The notes: generated by a model not told the origin, from the letters alone. A DNA stretch of 64,000 nt from Alphaproteobacteria bacterium (GCA_006226415.1 SBGZ01000061.1:7341-71340), one strand, 5' to 3'. Positions 32,192 to 42,497 are shown, counted from the first letter of the stretch. A program made the numbers and translations.

Positions 32192-33100
32192 TTAAGAGGC
32201 CTCATTCTTGAGCTGCTCCAAGACCTTTGGCAAATTATCGGTGATCAGCGAAATATGGCCGTGATCCGGTTCGCGGTAGAGCGTGGATCCAGGAATGTGT
32301 TCGTGCAACCAGGGGCCATGAGCGCCGGGCACCATCTTATCGAGATCCCCTTGCCAAATGGCAATTGGTACTTTGATGCTGGCAAGATCAACGCCCCAGT
32401 CGCGACAAAAGGCAAGGTCGTCATCCACCCAGCCATCCATGCTGACATGTAGACCCCAGCGGATGCTGGCGGCCAGGGTGTCGGCGACCTCTTCAGTGAA
32501 GGCGGCTTTGTCGACGGGTGGAATGAGGCTGCCAAAGGCGTCCGCAAGGTCAGGACCGGTCACCTCGCGCATGCCCTTAAATGCATCCGCGATGGCGGGG
32601 CGCAGTACGTCTTCGCCTTCCAGAGCGGCTGAGAATTCCTCAATGTTTTCCTCTCCCATGCCCGCCATGAAATCGAGATCCGGGGCGCCATAGGGGGCGA
32701 CCCCGGCAAGGCTGGCCGCGGCCTTGCAGCGGTCTGGCATCAGTGCCGCGCAGGCGATGGCATGAGGTCCGCCGCCGGACCAACCGGCGGTGATGAACGT
32801 GTCCATATCCAAACTGTCCAGTAGATGCGCGGTATCTGAGACCGCGTCAGCAACCTGGCGGCCCGGATGGCGCGTGGACAGGCCATAGCCCGGACGGCTG
32901 TAGGCGATGATCGTTATATCGGCGGCGGCCGCCGCGGCCTCCCACTTGTCATAGACGAAGGAAGAGCCGGGCGTGCCATGGTGGCAGACTAGCGGCAGAC
33001 CCTTTGGCGCGCCCAGCCGAATGTAATCAAGGGTTCTGCCATCCGGCAGTTCGAGGGTTTTGATTTTTTGTCGGAGGGCTTGTGAAACGGGAGAGGTCAT
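32192..33100 (-). CDS. alpha/beta-fold hydrolase
   Basis: Has an HGTPGS oxyanion region, a GWSGGG nucleophile elbow and a C-terminal DHGH. ATG 33100 leaves 16 nt after the tauD-like stop. Confidence 0.8.
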   Translation of the reverse strand: MTSPVSQALRQKIKTLELPDGRTLDYIRLGAPKGLPLVCHHGTPGSSFVYDKWEAAAAAADITIIAYSRPGYGLSTRHPGRQVADAVSDTAHLLDSLDMDTFITAGWSGGGPHAIACAALMPDRCKAAASLAGVAPYGAPDLDFMAGMGEENIEEFSAALEGEDVLRPAIADAFKGMREVTGPDLADAFGSLIPPVDKAAFTEEVADTLAASIRWGLHVSMDGWVDDDLAFCRDWGVDLASIKVPIAIWQGDLDKMVPGAHGPWLHEHIPGSTLYREPDHGHISLITDNLPKVLEQLKNEAS

Positions 33101-33116
33101 GTGATGGGTTTCTGCT

Positions 33117-33977
33117 TTAAGCCCTCGGCCGCTGATCACCCAGAACCGACACGCGTTCGCCGTAACGCGAATGGGGATAATAGTCCCAGACGGCATGGTG
33201 CTGGGTGCAACGATTGTCCCAGAAGGTGAGCGTGTTTTCTTCCCATCTTACGCGGCAGGTCAGACTGGGCGTTTCAGCGATATGCTTAAACAGCATGTCC
33301 AGAAGGGCGCGACTTTCAGCCGGGGCGAGACCTTTGATACGGGTCGTGAAGCCTGAGTTGACGTAGAGCAGTTTGCGGCCGGTTTCCGGATGGGTCGCGA
33401 TAACGGGATGCTCGTTCCTGGGATAACTTTGCCCCTCTGGTGCGCCAATGCCATAGGCGCCGATATAAGGAAGCGCGCCGTCGTGAATGGCGGTCAGGCC
33501 GGAGAGGAAATGCTTCATGGTGTCCGAGAGCATGTCATAGGCGCGGTACATGTCTGCATACATGGTGTCGCCGCCGCCGCTTGCGGGTACTTGCGTGATG
33601 TAAAGCATGGAGCCCAAGGGCGGGATCTCCTCGCAGGACACATCTGTATGCCAGCCATTGCCAGCAGTGTAAGGCGAGTCTTTTGTGGTTTTAACGACAA
33701 GGACTTCGTCATCGCCGCCGCGTGCGTGGTTGACCGGGTGCACGTGCAGTTTGCCAAAAAGACGCCCGAAGGCCTTGTGTTGGTCTCGCGTTAATTGCTG
33801 ATCGCGAAAAACCAGCACCATATGGTCGAGCCAGGCCTGGCGGATATCGCGGATCTGGGTGTTGGAGAGTTGCTGGGAAAGGTCAATGCCGCTCACCTCG
33901 GCGCCGATATGCGGGGTCAGGGGTACGACATCAAAAGAGTCATATTCGGTTCGCGGCAATTGATTTTCTGGGTCCAT
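33117..33977 (-). CDS. TauD/TfdA-family Fe(II)/2-oxoglutarate dioxygenase
   Basis: The WHTD (HxD) iron-binding motif and a distal H, together with the length and order of motifs, match taurine dioxygenase relatives. Confidence 0.85.
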   Translation of the reverse strand: MDPENQLPRTEYDSFDVVPLTPHIGAEVSGIDLSQQLSNTQIRDIRQAWLDHMVLVFRDQQLTRDQHKAFGRLFGKLHVHPVNHARGGDDEVLVVKTTKDSPYTAGNGWHTDVSCEEIPPLGSMLYITQVPASGGGDTMYADMYRAYDMLSDTMKHFLSGLTAIHDGALPYIGAYGIGAPEGQSYPRNEHPVIATHPETGRKLLYVNSGFTTRIKGLAPAESRALLDMLFKHIAETPSLTCRVRWEENTLTFWDNRCTQHHAVWDYYPHSRYGERVSVLGDQRPRA

Positions 33978-34042
33978 GTTCTTTCCTCCCTTTTTTTAAG
34001 AAGGGTCTCACAGGCGCCCGGAATTGGCAATATCGCCTGCGG

Positions 34043-34483
34043 CTATAGCATCGGAAATGTCGGCGCCGCTTTTTGCCAAACCAGCCATCCCATGGCGATC
34101 ATACAAAAGATCTGACTGATAAAGAAAAGGAAGCGAATGAGGACTGTCGCACTTGTTTCACTGAAGATCACGTGCGTTAGCGTTTGTAAGACGCGGCACG
34201 CAAGGAGAACGACCGCGAGCTGCGCGAAAAGGGCGGACTGAAGCCCGGTGACACTTTCCAGGTACACTAGCACCATCAGGATGGGCAGGTTTTCAAGGCA
34301 ATTGGCATGGGCGCGAATGATGCGGCGATAACGCGGGCTGCCATGCGGTTGATCGCCTGGAAAATCTGTTAAGGCGGCGCGGCCGGTCAACACTCTTGAC
34401 CAACGGGACACGCCGATACCGAACATCAACACAACCAGCGTCCATAAGGCAAAACCGAAAAGTACCCACTGTGAAATCGTCAT
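34043..34483 (-). CDS. MAPEG-family membrane protein
   Basis: It has about 4 TM helices and an RAHANCLENLP motif (the RAH.N..EN pattern of MAPEG). I prefer ATG 34483. Confidence 0.65.
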   Translation of the reverse strand: MTISQWVLFGFALWTLVVLMFGIGVSRWSRVLTGRAALTDFPGDQPHGSPRYRRIIRAHANCLENLPILMVLVYLESVTGLQSALFAQLAVVLLACRVLQTLTHVIFSETSATVLIRFLFFISQIFCMIAMGWLVWQKAAPTFPML

Positions 34484-34574
34484 GGCGTGTATCCCTTCCT
34501 TGACCATGATTGTCCGTTCCAAGACTAACGGGCCGATTTTTCAAGTCAAGCGCTAGAGAGGGTGTGTGGCGCGC

Positions 34575-36092
34575 CTAAGGGCGCACACTGGCTGTCGCTG
34601 GCTTGTCCAGCAATAGGAGTAAGGGAGCAATCAAGATGGTTACCCACATCATCATCAAAAAGTCATTGGCATAGGAGATGACCGCAGCTTGCCTTGTCAC
34701 CTCGGCGTTGAGTGCCAGAGCGCCCTCGGGCATATGCCAGTTCCACAGGGCTGGGGCATCCGGCCCGTTGAGCGCCTGGTTGAAGGGCGTAAGTGTCTGC
34801 GCGATCTCAGCGTGATTGATTTGCATGTTCTTGGCGAAGATCGCCATGACTATCGAAATGCCGATGGAGCTGCCGATGTTGCGGATGAGATTGTAAAAAG
34901 AGGTCCCTTCTCCGCGCAGGTGATCGCTCAAGGTGGAAAAGGACATGGTGGAGAGCGGTACGAAAACGAAGCCGAGACCAAACCCTTGCAGAAGCCCGGA
35001 CCAGGCGACCGTATTGAGAGATACATCGGGCGTGAAATTCGACATGATCCAGAACGAGATCACATTGAGCGACAAGCCAAACAGGAAGAGCATGCGCGGG
35101 TCATACCTGGCAATTAGCCGCGCGATCATCAACATCGCGACCATCATGCCAACGCCGCGAGGCGCCAAAATCCAACCGGTGGTGCGCACCGGCACGCCCA
35201 TCAGATTTTGCAGATAGGGCGGCAAGAGGACGTAAGTGGCAAGCATGGCGCCGCCGATGAAGAAGGTGAGCACCATGCCGACAGTAAAATTCTTGTCGAG
35301 GAAAAGGCGGGGCTCAAGGAAGGGTTCCTTGGTCGTGAAGATCTGCACGACAAAGAGGTATAAAAAGAGCAGGGTCAGGGCGAGTTCAATCAATATCTCT
35401 GGTGAAGCAAACCAATCCTGGGACTGTCCCCGGTCGAGCATCATTTGCAGGGCGCCGATGGAAAGGCTGAGCACAAGAAAGCCGAAGACATCAAAGCGGC
35501 GCGATACTTTTTCGGTCTCGGATAAAAAGCTTGAGATGCCGAGAAAGGCGAGAATGCCGAAAGGCAGATTGATGTAGAAGACCCAGCGCCAGGAATACAT
35601 GTCCGTGAGATAGCCGCCGAGGGTCGGTCCCAGGATGGGGCCGATCATCAGGCCGCCCGACCAGATGGCCATGGCGGCGCCGTATTTTTCGCGCGGATAG
35701 ATGTCGAGCATCAAGGCCTGGGACAGGGGAATAAAGCCCGCACCGAAGGCACCCTGAAGCAGGCGAAAGAAAACAATCTCCGGCAGGGTTTGCGCCGCGC
35801 CGCAAAGCATGGAAGTGACCACAAAGCCCACAATGTAAATGAGGAAGAGGCGCTTGCGACCAAAGCGCTGGGCGAGCACGCCGGTGGGTGGTGTCATGAT
35901 GGCGGAAGCCACGATGTAGGAGGTGAGCACCCAGGCGATCTGATCCTGTGTCGCCGACATGGCGCCCTGCATATGCGGCAGGGCCACATTGGCAATGGTG
36001 GAATCCAGCGTTTGCATGATGGTGGCCATCATGGCCGCGATGGTAATCAGGTTGCGGCGCAGGATCGGATTGGCGGCAATCGCCTCTCTCAC
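34575..36092 (-). CDS. emrB: MFS drug efflux transporter, DHA2 / EmrB-QacA family (14 TM)
   Basis: The N-terminus MMATIMQTLDSTIANVALPHMQG is typical of EmrB. It overlaps the upstream HlyD-family gene by 4 nt. Confidence 0.85.
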   Translation of the reverse strand: MREAIAANPILRRNLITIAAMMATIMQTLDSTIANVALPHMQGAMSATQDQIAWVLTSYIVASAIMTPPTGVLAQRFGRKRLFLIYIVGFVVTSMLCGAAQTLPEIVFFRLLQGAFGAGFIPLSQALMLDIYPREKYGAAMAIWSGGLMIGPILGPTLGGYLTDMYSWRWVFYINLPFGILAFLGISSFLSETEKVSRRFDVFGFLVLSLSIGALQMMLDRGQSQDWFASPEILIELALTLLFLYLFVVQIFTTKEPFLEPRLFLDKNFTVGMVLTFFIGGAMLATYVLLPPYLQNLMGVPVRTTGWILAPRGVGMMVAMLMIARLIARYDPRMLFLFGLSLNVISFWIMSNFTPDVSLNTVAWSGLLQGFGLGFVFVPLSTMSFSTLSDHLRGEGTSFYNLIRNIGSSIGISIVMAIFAKNMQINHAEIAQTLTPFNQALNGPDAPALWNWHMPEGALALNAEVTRQAAVISYANDFLMMMWVTILIAPLLLLLDKPATASVRP

Positions 36093-37228
36093 GAGGGCTC
36101 TCCGCCTTTCGGCGCGCGTGTGTCGACCCGCACCTCGGCGCTCATGCCAGCGCGCAGCATGGGCGCCCCTTCACGCGGATCGATGGAGATGCGCACGGGC
36201 ACGCGCTGCACCACCTTGACCCAGTTGCCGGATGCGTTTTGCGGCGGGATCACCGAGAACTCGGCACCTGTGGCCTGGGCAATACTTTCGACCTGGCCGC
36301 GCCAGCTTTCGCCTGGATAGGCGTCGACATGTATGGTGACCGGCTGGCCCACCTTCATGTGCGTGAGTTCTGTTTCCTTGAAGTTCGCGGTAATTCGGGC
36401 GTGGTCGCTGGCGACGAGGCTCATGACGGGACTTGAAAAGAGAGAGGACCCGACAACCTGTTCGCCGACATTTGGCGTGTCACTGGCAATGCCATCAAAG
36501 GGCGCGCGGACAACCGTGCGGTCGAGGTCATATTGGGCGCGATCCACGGAGGCCTTGGCGGCGAGATATTTCGGATGCGCTTCGATGGGCGTCTCCGGAT
36601 CGCCGGCCAGTTTGGCGCGGATGTCGGCCAATTGCTGCTCGGTAATGATGATCTTTTGACGCGCGGTTTCCACAGCAAGGGCAGCATCGTCGTAGGCGCT
36701 GTCAGAAATGGTCCGGGACTTAAGAAGCTTTGATTGGCGACCGAGTTCCTTTTCGGCGAAGGCAAGAGTGGTGCGCGCCAGAGAAAGCTCTGCTTCTTTC
36801 TGGTGATAGCCTGCCCTGAGGCTAAAGAGTTCGTCTCGAATGTTCTGAAGATTGGCTTCAGCCGCGGCCAGCGTGATCTGGTAGGTCCGATCATCGATAA
36901 TAAACAGAACCTCACCTTGCCGGACGGCCTGATTGTCCCGCACGGCAACGGACAGGATCGGACCGGAGACTTCTGCGGCAATCATGGCCTTGTCGGTTTT
37001 GATATAGGCGTTTTCGGTCGAGATGTAGCGACCGCTGGTGGCGTAAAAATAACCAGCGATAAGCGCCAGTAGGGCGGGGCCAAGAAGCAACAAGAAAAGC
37101 CGCTTGCCTTCTCGGGTTGAAAAGTCGAGCCGGTTGTGCCGGGTAAGCGTGCGAACAGAGGCGGCATTGTCGTTTTGCGCGGCGCTTTCTTCTTTGGTTT
37201 TTATTTCTGCGGCAGCGTTGCTGGACAT
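36089..37228 (-). CDS. emrA: HlyD-family membrane fusion protein (EmrA-like)
   Basis: A single TM is followed by a coiled-coil hairpin and lipoyl/beta-barrel segments. It forms an operon with emrB and marR. Confidence 0.85.
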   Translation of the reverse strand: MSSNAAAEIKTKEESAAQNDNAASVRTLTRHNRLDFSTREGKRLFLLLLGPALLALIAGYFYATSGRYISTENAYIKTDKAMIAAEVSGPILSVAVRDNQAVRQGEVLFIIDDRTYQITLAAAEANLQNIRDELFSLRAGYHQKEAELSLARTTLAFAEKELGRQSKLLKSRTISDSAYDDAALAVETARQKIIITEQQLADIRAKLAGDPETPIEAHPKYLAAKASVDRAQYDLDRTVVRAPFDGIASDTPNVGEQVVGSSLFSSPVMSLVASDHARITANFKETELTHMKVGQPVTIHVDAYPGESWRGQVESIAQATGAEFSVIPPQNASGNWVKVVQRVPVRISIDPREGAPMLRAGMSAEVRVDTRAPKGGEPS

Positions 37229-37247
37229 GTGAGTGGTCTCTCAGGGG

Positions 37248-37748
37248 TTACTGAATTTCTGTTTGCAGCAGGGGCGCGGGCACCTGCTCGGGGATCGGGC
37301 TTGCCTTGAGCAGATTGGCCTTCATTTTTTCAAGCGCCTGGGTCATGGCCTTGAGTTCGGCCTCGCTGACACCGGCCTGTGCGAGGTCGCGCGTCTCTTC
37401 GGCCAGCTGCCAGACCTCTTCCATGAGGGATTGGCCTTTGTCGGTGAGGAAGAGGCAGAAGGCGCGGCGGTCTGAGGGATCAGGGCGTCGCTCGACCAGT
37501 TCTATGCCCTGCAGATGGTCAATAAGCCGGGCGAGGGTCATGGGCTGGATCTCAAGCGCCTCGGCGAGCGTTTTCTGATTGGCGCCTTCCTGGCGGGCGA
37601 GGGCGACGAGGGCGCGCCACTGCGCCTGAGACAGGCCCAGCCCCTGCGCGCGTCTGTTGAACTCCTGCCGCAACAGGCGGGTGACGTCTGAAATCAGAAA
37701 GCCAAGGCTTTGGCTCGGGTCATAGAGAGGTTTTCGGGCCATAGGCAC
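37248..37748 (-). CDS. MarR-family transcriptional regulator
   Basis: It has a winged-HTH (LSQAQWRALVALA...QKTLAEALEIQPMTLARLIDHL...V.R..DP.DRR). Confidence 0.85.
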   Translation of the reverse strand: MPMARKPLYDPSQSLGFLISDVTRLLRQEFNRRAQGLGLSQAQWRALVALARQEGANQKTLAEALEIQPMTLARLIDHLQGIELVERRPDPSDRRAFCLFLTDKGQSLMEEVWQLAEETRDLAQAGVSEAELKAMTQALEKMKANLLKASPIPEQVPAPLLQTEIQ

Positions 37749-37883
37749 CTTTGTTTGGTTTTTTGGCGTACATTTGCAATGTCACCTTATTATATGCTCT
37801 ACTTACTATATTGGGAAGCGAGCAGTTTTAACAAGCAAAAACAAAGGGTTGAGCCTGCGCGCGGGGAAGGGGTTTGGGTGGGA

Positions 37884-38159
37884 TTAGCCTGAGAAATGGC
37901 CCCAGATCGACCAGAGGCCGATGAGGACAAATCCGATGCCGGCGATCAGCTCCAGCGGCAGTCGTTCAAGGTGCGCCTGCGCGAAGTTGCCAACGAGGAC
38001 GGCCATGGCGGTCGAGGCGACCAGGGCTCCCGCCGCGGCAATGAAAACCAGGATGGGGGACAATTTTCCGTCCGTCGCGAAGAGGAGCGTTGCGAGCTGC
38101 GTTTTGTCGCCAAGCTCAGCCAGGAAGACGGTGACGAAGATAACGAGTAGAGGTTTCAT
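37884..38159 (-). CDS. UPF0016 / GDT1 (TMEM165) family half-size membrane protein
   Basis: Contains the ELGDKTQ signature motif and three TM helices. Confidence 0.75.
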   Translation of the reverse strand: MKPLLVIFVTVFLAELGDKTQLATLLFATDGKLSPILVFIAAAGALVASTAMAVLVGNFAQAHLERLPLELIAGIGFVLIGLWSIWGHFSG

Positions 38160-38177
38160 AAAAAAAATTTCCCGAAA

Positions 38178-39611
38178 CTATTTGGTTTTGTCGTCTGCCG
38201 AGCGGCGCTGAATTCTTTCGGAAGCCTGACGAACAGAATTTGTGACTTTGAGGACCGGATCGAAGATCAGGCCAGAAACGTTTGAAAATCTGGTCACTCG
38301 GAAAATAAGACCAGAGGGCGTCATGGGCCGCACCCGCCGCACTTCCTGCATCATGGGTAGGAACAGAAGTGCTACAATGAGACGCGCGCAAGTGGCCGAC
38401 ATGAAAACGCCGTAGAGCGCAAACTCCCATTGCAGTTGCCAGCCGAAAAGGCTGACGGACAGGGGCAAATGGGTGGAAAGCCATCCGCCAAAACTTGCCC
38501 CGAAAAAGACTGCCGTTGCCGCGATGGTGCCGTGCACCGCCATATAGACCGCGCGTCGATGCGGCTCGGTCAGGTCGTAAACGAAATTCGTGGCGCTCAA
38601 TGTGAAACCCGACCAAGTGACACCGCTCAGCGCCTGGAGGCTCAGCAGGTAGTAATAATTCGACGACAGGGTCCAAAGGGTTGGAATGAAGGGGATGGTA
38701 AATCCCGTCACGACCAGGATGAGGCGATTGCCGAAAAGATCGGACAATCGGCCCCAGCGGCTGAGGGTGAGGATTTGGAACAACACCGAGGTGGCGTTGT
38801 TAAAGGTCAGTTCCACGTAGCTGAAATGCAGATCCCGCAGCATATGCACCACGATAAAGGGGCCTGAAATGGCCACGGCGAACTGCATCAGGGCGAAGAA
38901 AAGTGAAAACCGAATAAAACGGGAGCGGGTCAGGCGCCGCAGGATATTGGGGCCGAAGAGCGCCAGCTTGGGGCCTCTCTTTTGGCCGGGGTCGACCATC
39001 TGCAGGAGATGCCATGTGGATATGCCGCGCGCGACAGAGGCGGCGAGGAAAATGGTCATGAAGCCATAATAGGGCATGGCCCAGCTGTCGAAGAGCTGCA
39101 AGGTCAGGCCGGCTCCGATGAGTGCGGAAAAGCTGGCAATGGAGCAATAGCGCGTCCGCCGCGCGAAAAACCGCCCGCGTTTTGACTCTGGCACGATAGC
39201 GCCCATCAGACTGCCCCATTGGGGCGAGCCAAGGTGCGGTCCGATGTAATAGAGGATGATGCAGAGGATCAAAATGGGCACCGCATGGGCGGGGAACAGG
39301 AGGGGCAGAATTGCCAAGGGGATCAGCATCAAGGCCTGGATTATGGCGCCGGCAATAATGATTTCCTTGCGCCAGCCGGTGCGATTGCCAAGCCAAACGG
39401 AGATAAGTTGAAAGTAAGAGGCGACCATGGGCGGCAAGGTGGCGATGGCGCCAACTTGAGCGGTAGAGGCCTTGAGCAGCACGGCAAAGGCTGAGAAATA
39501 GCTCTCGCCCGCCCCGGCCATCAAAGAATAGGTCACCCCATCCCTCACGGAGTGCTGGAGGGAGCGTTCTGTGATTTCATCTGACGAAAATTTCTTCCGC
39601 CGCCGCGCCAT
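38178..39611 (-). CDS. MFS transporter
   Basis: It has about 12 TM helices. I prefer ATG 39611 (MARRRKKF...) over the track start at 39701. Confidence 0.7.
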   Translation of the reverse strand: MARRRKKFSSDEITERSLQHSVRDGVTYSLMAGAGESYFSAFAVLLKASTAQVGAIATLPPMVASYFQLISVWLGNRTGWRKEIIIAGAIIQALMLIPLAILPLLFPAHAVPILILCIILYYIGPHLGSPQWGSLMGAIVPESKRGRFFARRTRYCSIASFSALIGAGLTLQLFDSWAMPYYGFMTIFLAASVARGISTWHLLQMVDPGQKRGPKLALFGPNILRRLTRSRFIRFSLFFALMQFAVAISGPFIVVHMLRDLHFSYVELTFNNATSVLFQILTLSRWGRLSDLFGNRLILVVTGFTIPFIPTLWTLSSNYYYLLSLQALSGVTWSGFTLSATNFVYDLTEPHRRAVYMAVHGTIAATAVFFGASFGGWLSTHLPLSVSLFGWQLQWEFALYGVFMSATCARLIVALLFLPMMQEVRRVRPMTPSGLIFRVTRFSNVSGLIFDPVLKVTNSVRQASERIQRRSADDKTK

Positions 39612-39764
39612 AATTAAATGAACCTTTTGGGGAGCTTTATCCGAATAATGGGATCTCTCGCGATAATCGGTTTTTGCAGATGCGTAAAGAAGAAAGAGCA
39701 AGGGACGGGAAACTGATACGGTCCTTTTGCGAGGGCCGGCCAGGCCGGAAGCTTCCTGCAGGGG

Positions 39765-39796
39765 TTGACCTTCCGGTGAATGGAGGGTCCATTAAT
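39765..39796 (+). promoter_or_regulatory. MerR/CueR-type copper-responsive promoter of copA
   Basis: TTGACC is followed by a 19-nt spacer containing the dyad CCTTCC-N7-GGAGGG, then cATTAAt. This is nearly the layout of E. coli PcopA (TTGACCTTCC...GGAAGG, 19-bp spacer). Confidence 0.55.
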
Positions 39797-39841
39797 GACC
39801 TCTAAATTTCCCTTTTGTATGGATGCACAGGCCGTTCTCAA

Positions 39842-41671
39842 ATGATCTCCCGCCGGAAATTTCTCTCCTCAATATCTCTGGCCTCGCTGGGTTTATTGGG
39901 CCCTTTGCCGCTTTGGGCGCAAGTGGCTCCTGCGCAGCCCAAACATCCGCGCGGTCTGTCCGGCAAAGATTTTCGCCTGGATATTTCCTCCTCCAATATC
40001 CGCATTGATGGTCGCCCGACCCGGGCGATGACTGTTAACGGCAGCACGCCTGCCCCGCTCTTGCGCTGGCGGGAGGGAGACAAGGTACGCCTTGAGGTGA
40101 AAAACCACCTTGAAGCCGACAGCTCCATTCATTGGCACGGCATTTTGTTGCCGGAGCATATGGACGGGGTGCCGGGGGTTTCCTTCGACGGGATCCAACC
40201 CGGCGAGACGTTCACTTACGAGTTTCCTGTGCGGCAGGCGGGGACCTATTGGTATCACAGCCATTCAGGCCTTCAGGAGCAGCAAGGTCACTACGGTCCC
40301 ATCATCATTGACCCGGCGGGCTCAGATCCGGTGGCCTATGACCGAGAATTTGTGCTGATGCTGGGGGACTGGACCTTCATGGACCCGCATGAGCTTTTCC
40401 GAAAGCTGAAGCTTGCCGCCCATGACCTTAATTACAACCGCCGCACACTTGGCGACTTCTTTGCCGATGTGGGTGACAAGGGATTTGGCGCGGCATTTGC
40501 CGAGCGCCACATGTGGCAGACCATGCGCATGTCCTCGCGTGATATCGCTGACGTGACGGGAGAGACCTATACCTATCTGATCAATGGTCATGGACCGGGG
40601 GACAATTGGACCATGATCTTTACGCCCGGTGAGCGCATTCGGCTGCGCGTTATCAATGCGGCGGCGATGACGCTTTTTAATTTCCGCATTCCGGGGCTCA
40701 CCATGGAAGTGGTGCAGGCGGACGGGCAGGATATTGTGCCGGTCCCGGTTGAAGAGTTTCAGATCGGCCCTGCTGAAACCTATGATGTAATTGTGACGCC
40801 GACCGAGCGGCGGGCCTTTACGGTGATGTGCGAATCGATTGATCGATCAGGCTTTGCGCGGGCGACCTTAACGCCAGAGCTTGGGATGACAGCGCCCGTG
40901 CCGCCGCTTCGAGAGCCGCCAGAGCTGACCATGCGGGATATGGGTATGGACCACGGCGCTATGGACCACGGAGCCATGAATTCTGGCACCATGGATCACA
41001 GTTCAATGGACCACAGCCAGATGGGGCATAGTCAGATGGATGGGTCTCTCGATGTCACGCGAAGGGACTTTTCGCGCGGGCCCGGGGTGGCCAACCTGGT
41101 CCAAATGCCGGGAAGCCGCCTCAGCGAGCCGGGCATTGGCCTTGAAAATGTGGGGCACCGGGTTCTCACTTACGCGGATCTGAAGGGACGCAAGATGATC
41201 CCCGACATGCGCGCACCGGGCCGGGAGATCGAGATCCATCTCACCAGCAATATGGAGCGCTACATGTGGTCCTTTGATGGCAAACGCTTTTCAGAAGTTG
41301 TGGACCCGATCCTCTTTCATGAGGGCGAGCGCCTGCGGATGACGCTTGTTAATGACACCATGATGCCGCATCCCATTCACCTGCATGGCATGTTCTTTGA
41401 GGTGGTCAACGGCCATGGCCATTTTAACCCACGCAAGCACACGATTGTGGTGAAACCGGCAGAGAAAGTGTCGCTGGACATCACTGCCGATGAGGTGGGG
41501 GACTGGGCCTTCCATTGTCATCTGATGTACCACATGCATGCGGGCATGTTTCAGGTGGTGCGGGTTGAAAAGTCCGCGATGAAGATGGATCACAAATCCC
41601 ACCAGATGCACGACATGAAAGATATGTCGCACGGCCCTCACAAGATGGACAAAGGAGCGCGCCATGATTAA
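39842..41671 (+). CDS. copA: copper-resistance multicopper oxidase CopA (Tat-exported)
   Basis: It has a twin-arginine signal (SRRKFL), the copper-site motifs HWHG, HSH, HPIHLHG and HCHLMYHMHAGM, and a Met/His-rich MDH repeat insert. Confidence 0.9.
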   Translation: MISRRKFLSSISLASLGLLGPLPLWAQVAPAQPKHPRGLSGKDFRLDISSSNIRIDGRPTRAMTVNGSTPAPLLRWREGDKVRLEVKNHLEADSSIHWHGILLPEHMDGVPGVSFDGIQPGETFTYEFPVRQAGTYWYHSHSGLQEQQGHYGPIIIDPAGSDPVAYDREFVLMLGDWTFMDPHELFRKLKLAAHDLNYNRRTLGDFFADVGDKGFGAAFAERHMWQTMRMSSRDIADVTGETYTYLINGHGPGDNWTMIFTPGERIRLRVINAAAMTLFNFRIPGLTMEVVQADGQDIVPVPVEEFQIGPAETYDVIVTPTERRAFTVMCESIDRSGFARATLTPELGMTAPVPPLREPPELTMRDMGMDHGAMDHGAMNSGTMDHSSMDHSQMGHSQMDGSLDVTRRDFSRGPGVANLVQMPGSRLSEPGIGLENVGHRVLTYADLKGRKMIPDMRAPGREIEIHLTSNMERYMWSFDGKRFSEVVDPILFHEGERLRMTLVNDTMMPHPIHLHGMFFEVVNGHGHFNPRKHTIVVKPAEKVSLDITADEVGDWAFHCHLMYHMHAGMFQVVRVEKSAMKMDHKSHQMHDMKDMSHGPHKMDKGARHD

Positions 41672-42410
41672 ACGCGTGCCTTTGGTGGCATTTTTCATGG
41701 GGGCGGGACTTTCCGGTGCCTTTGCTTCGGACGATTTGCCCGCGTCCTATCAAGCACTTTTGGCCGGGACGGGCGCACAGACCCATTGGCAGGTTTCCTT
41801 TGACCGTTTTGAGGTTCAAAGCAACGAGGGCGACCTGAGTGCGGTCGCAGAAGGTGATTTCTGGTTTGGCGGCGACCTCAATAAGCTTTGGATCAAAATG
41901 GGGGGCGAGTTTGATCTTGAGACCCATGGCGGCCATGAGGTGGACGTCGAAGCGCTCTACGCGCGCGCCATGACGCCCTTCTTTGATTTACAGATGGGGC
42001 TCGCACACGATTTTACCGATGGCGACGACCGCAGCTATGGGGTCCTTGGCGTCATGGGACATGCGCCTTATTGGATCGGTGTTGATGCGGCGCTTTATGT
42101 CAGTGAAGGTGGAGATCTTTCGGCACGGTTTGAAGTTGAACGCGATATCCTTTTGACCCAGCGGCTTATTTTGCAGCCACGCTTTGAAACGCGCTGGCTG
42201 GCGGAGAGTTTACTGGCGGACATGCTGGGGGCTGGTGTTACCGGCACGGAACTTGGTCTGCGGCTGCGCTATGACGTGAGCCGCCAATTTGCCCCTTATG
42301 TGGGGGTCAGTGCGGCATGGGCGCTTGGAGACACGGCAGATCTTTTGCGTCTGAGCGGTGAGAATACCCAGGACACCTCGCTCGTTGTGGGCCTCAAATT
42401 CTGGTTCTAA
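41664..42410 (+). CDS. copB: copper resistance protein B (outer-membrane beta-barrel)
   Basis: It overlaps the copA stop, has a signal peptide, and ends in the aromatic KFWF. Confidence 0.8.
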   Translation: MIKRVPLVAFFMGAGLSGAFASDDLPASYQALLAGTGAQTHWQVSFDRFEVQSNEGDLSAVAEGDFWFGGDLNKLWIKMGGEFDLETHGGHEVDVEALYARAMTPFFDLQMGLAHDFTDGDDRSYGVLGVMGHAPYWIGVDAALYVSEGGDLSARFEVERDILLTQRLILQPRFETRWLAESLLADMLGAGVTGTELGLRLRYDVSRQFAPYVGVSAAWALGDTADLLRLSGENTQDTSLVVGLKFWF

Positions 42411-42441
42411 AACTAATGGCGGCGCTTGGGCCCGGACAGGC

Positions 42442-42469
42442 AAAAGAAAACCGGGGCGTCACGCCCCGG
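42442..42469 (-). terminator. rho-independent terminator of the minus-strand membrane gene
   Basis: The stem ccggggcg/cgccccgg has a tca loop. On the minus strand it is followed by TTTTCTTTT. Confidence 0.65.
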
Positions 42470-42497
42470 CCTTCAAAAAGAAATTTTGTAGCTGTCT

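Noticed and set aside
40931-41043. Short tandem repetition (atggaccac-like units) that could look like a VNTR or mini-array
   Set aside because: It lies in frame inside copA and encodes the Met/His-rich MDHGAMDHGAM...MDHSSMDHSQMGHSQMDG copper-binding insert typical of CopA/PcoA. It is a coding repeat, not a CRISPR array or a non-coding array.
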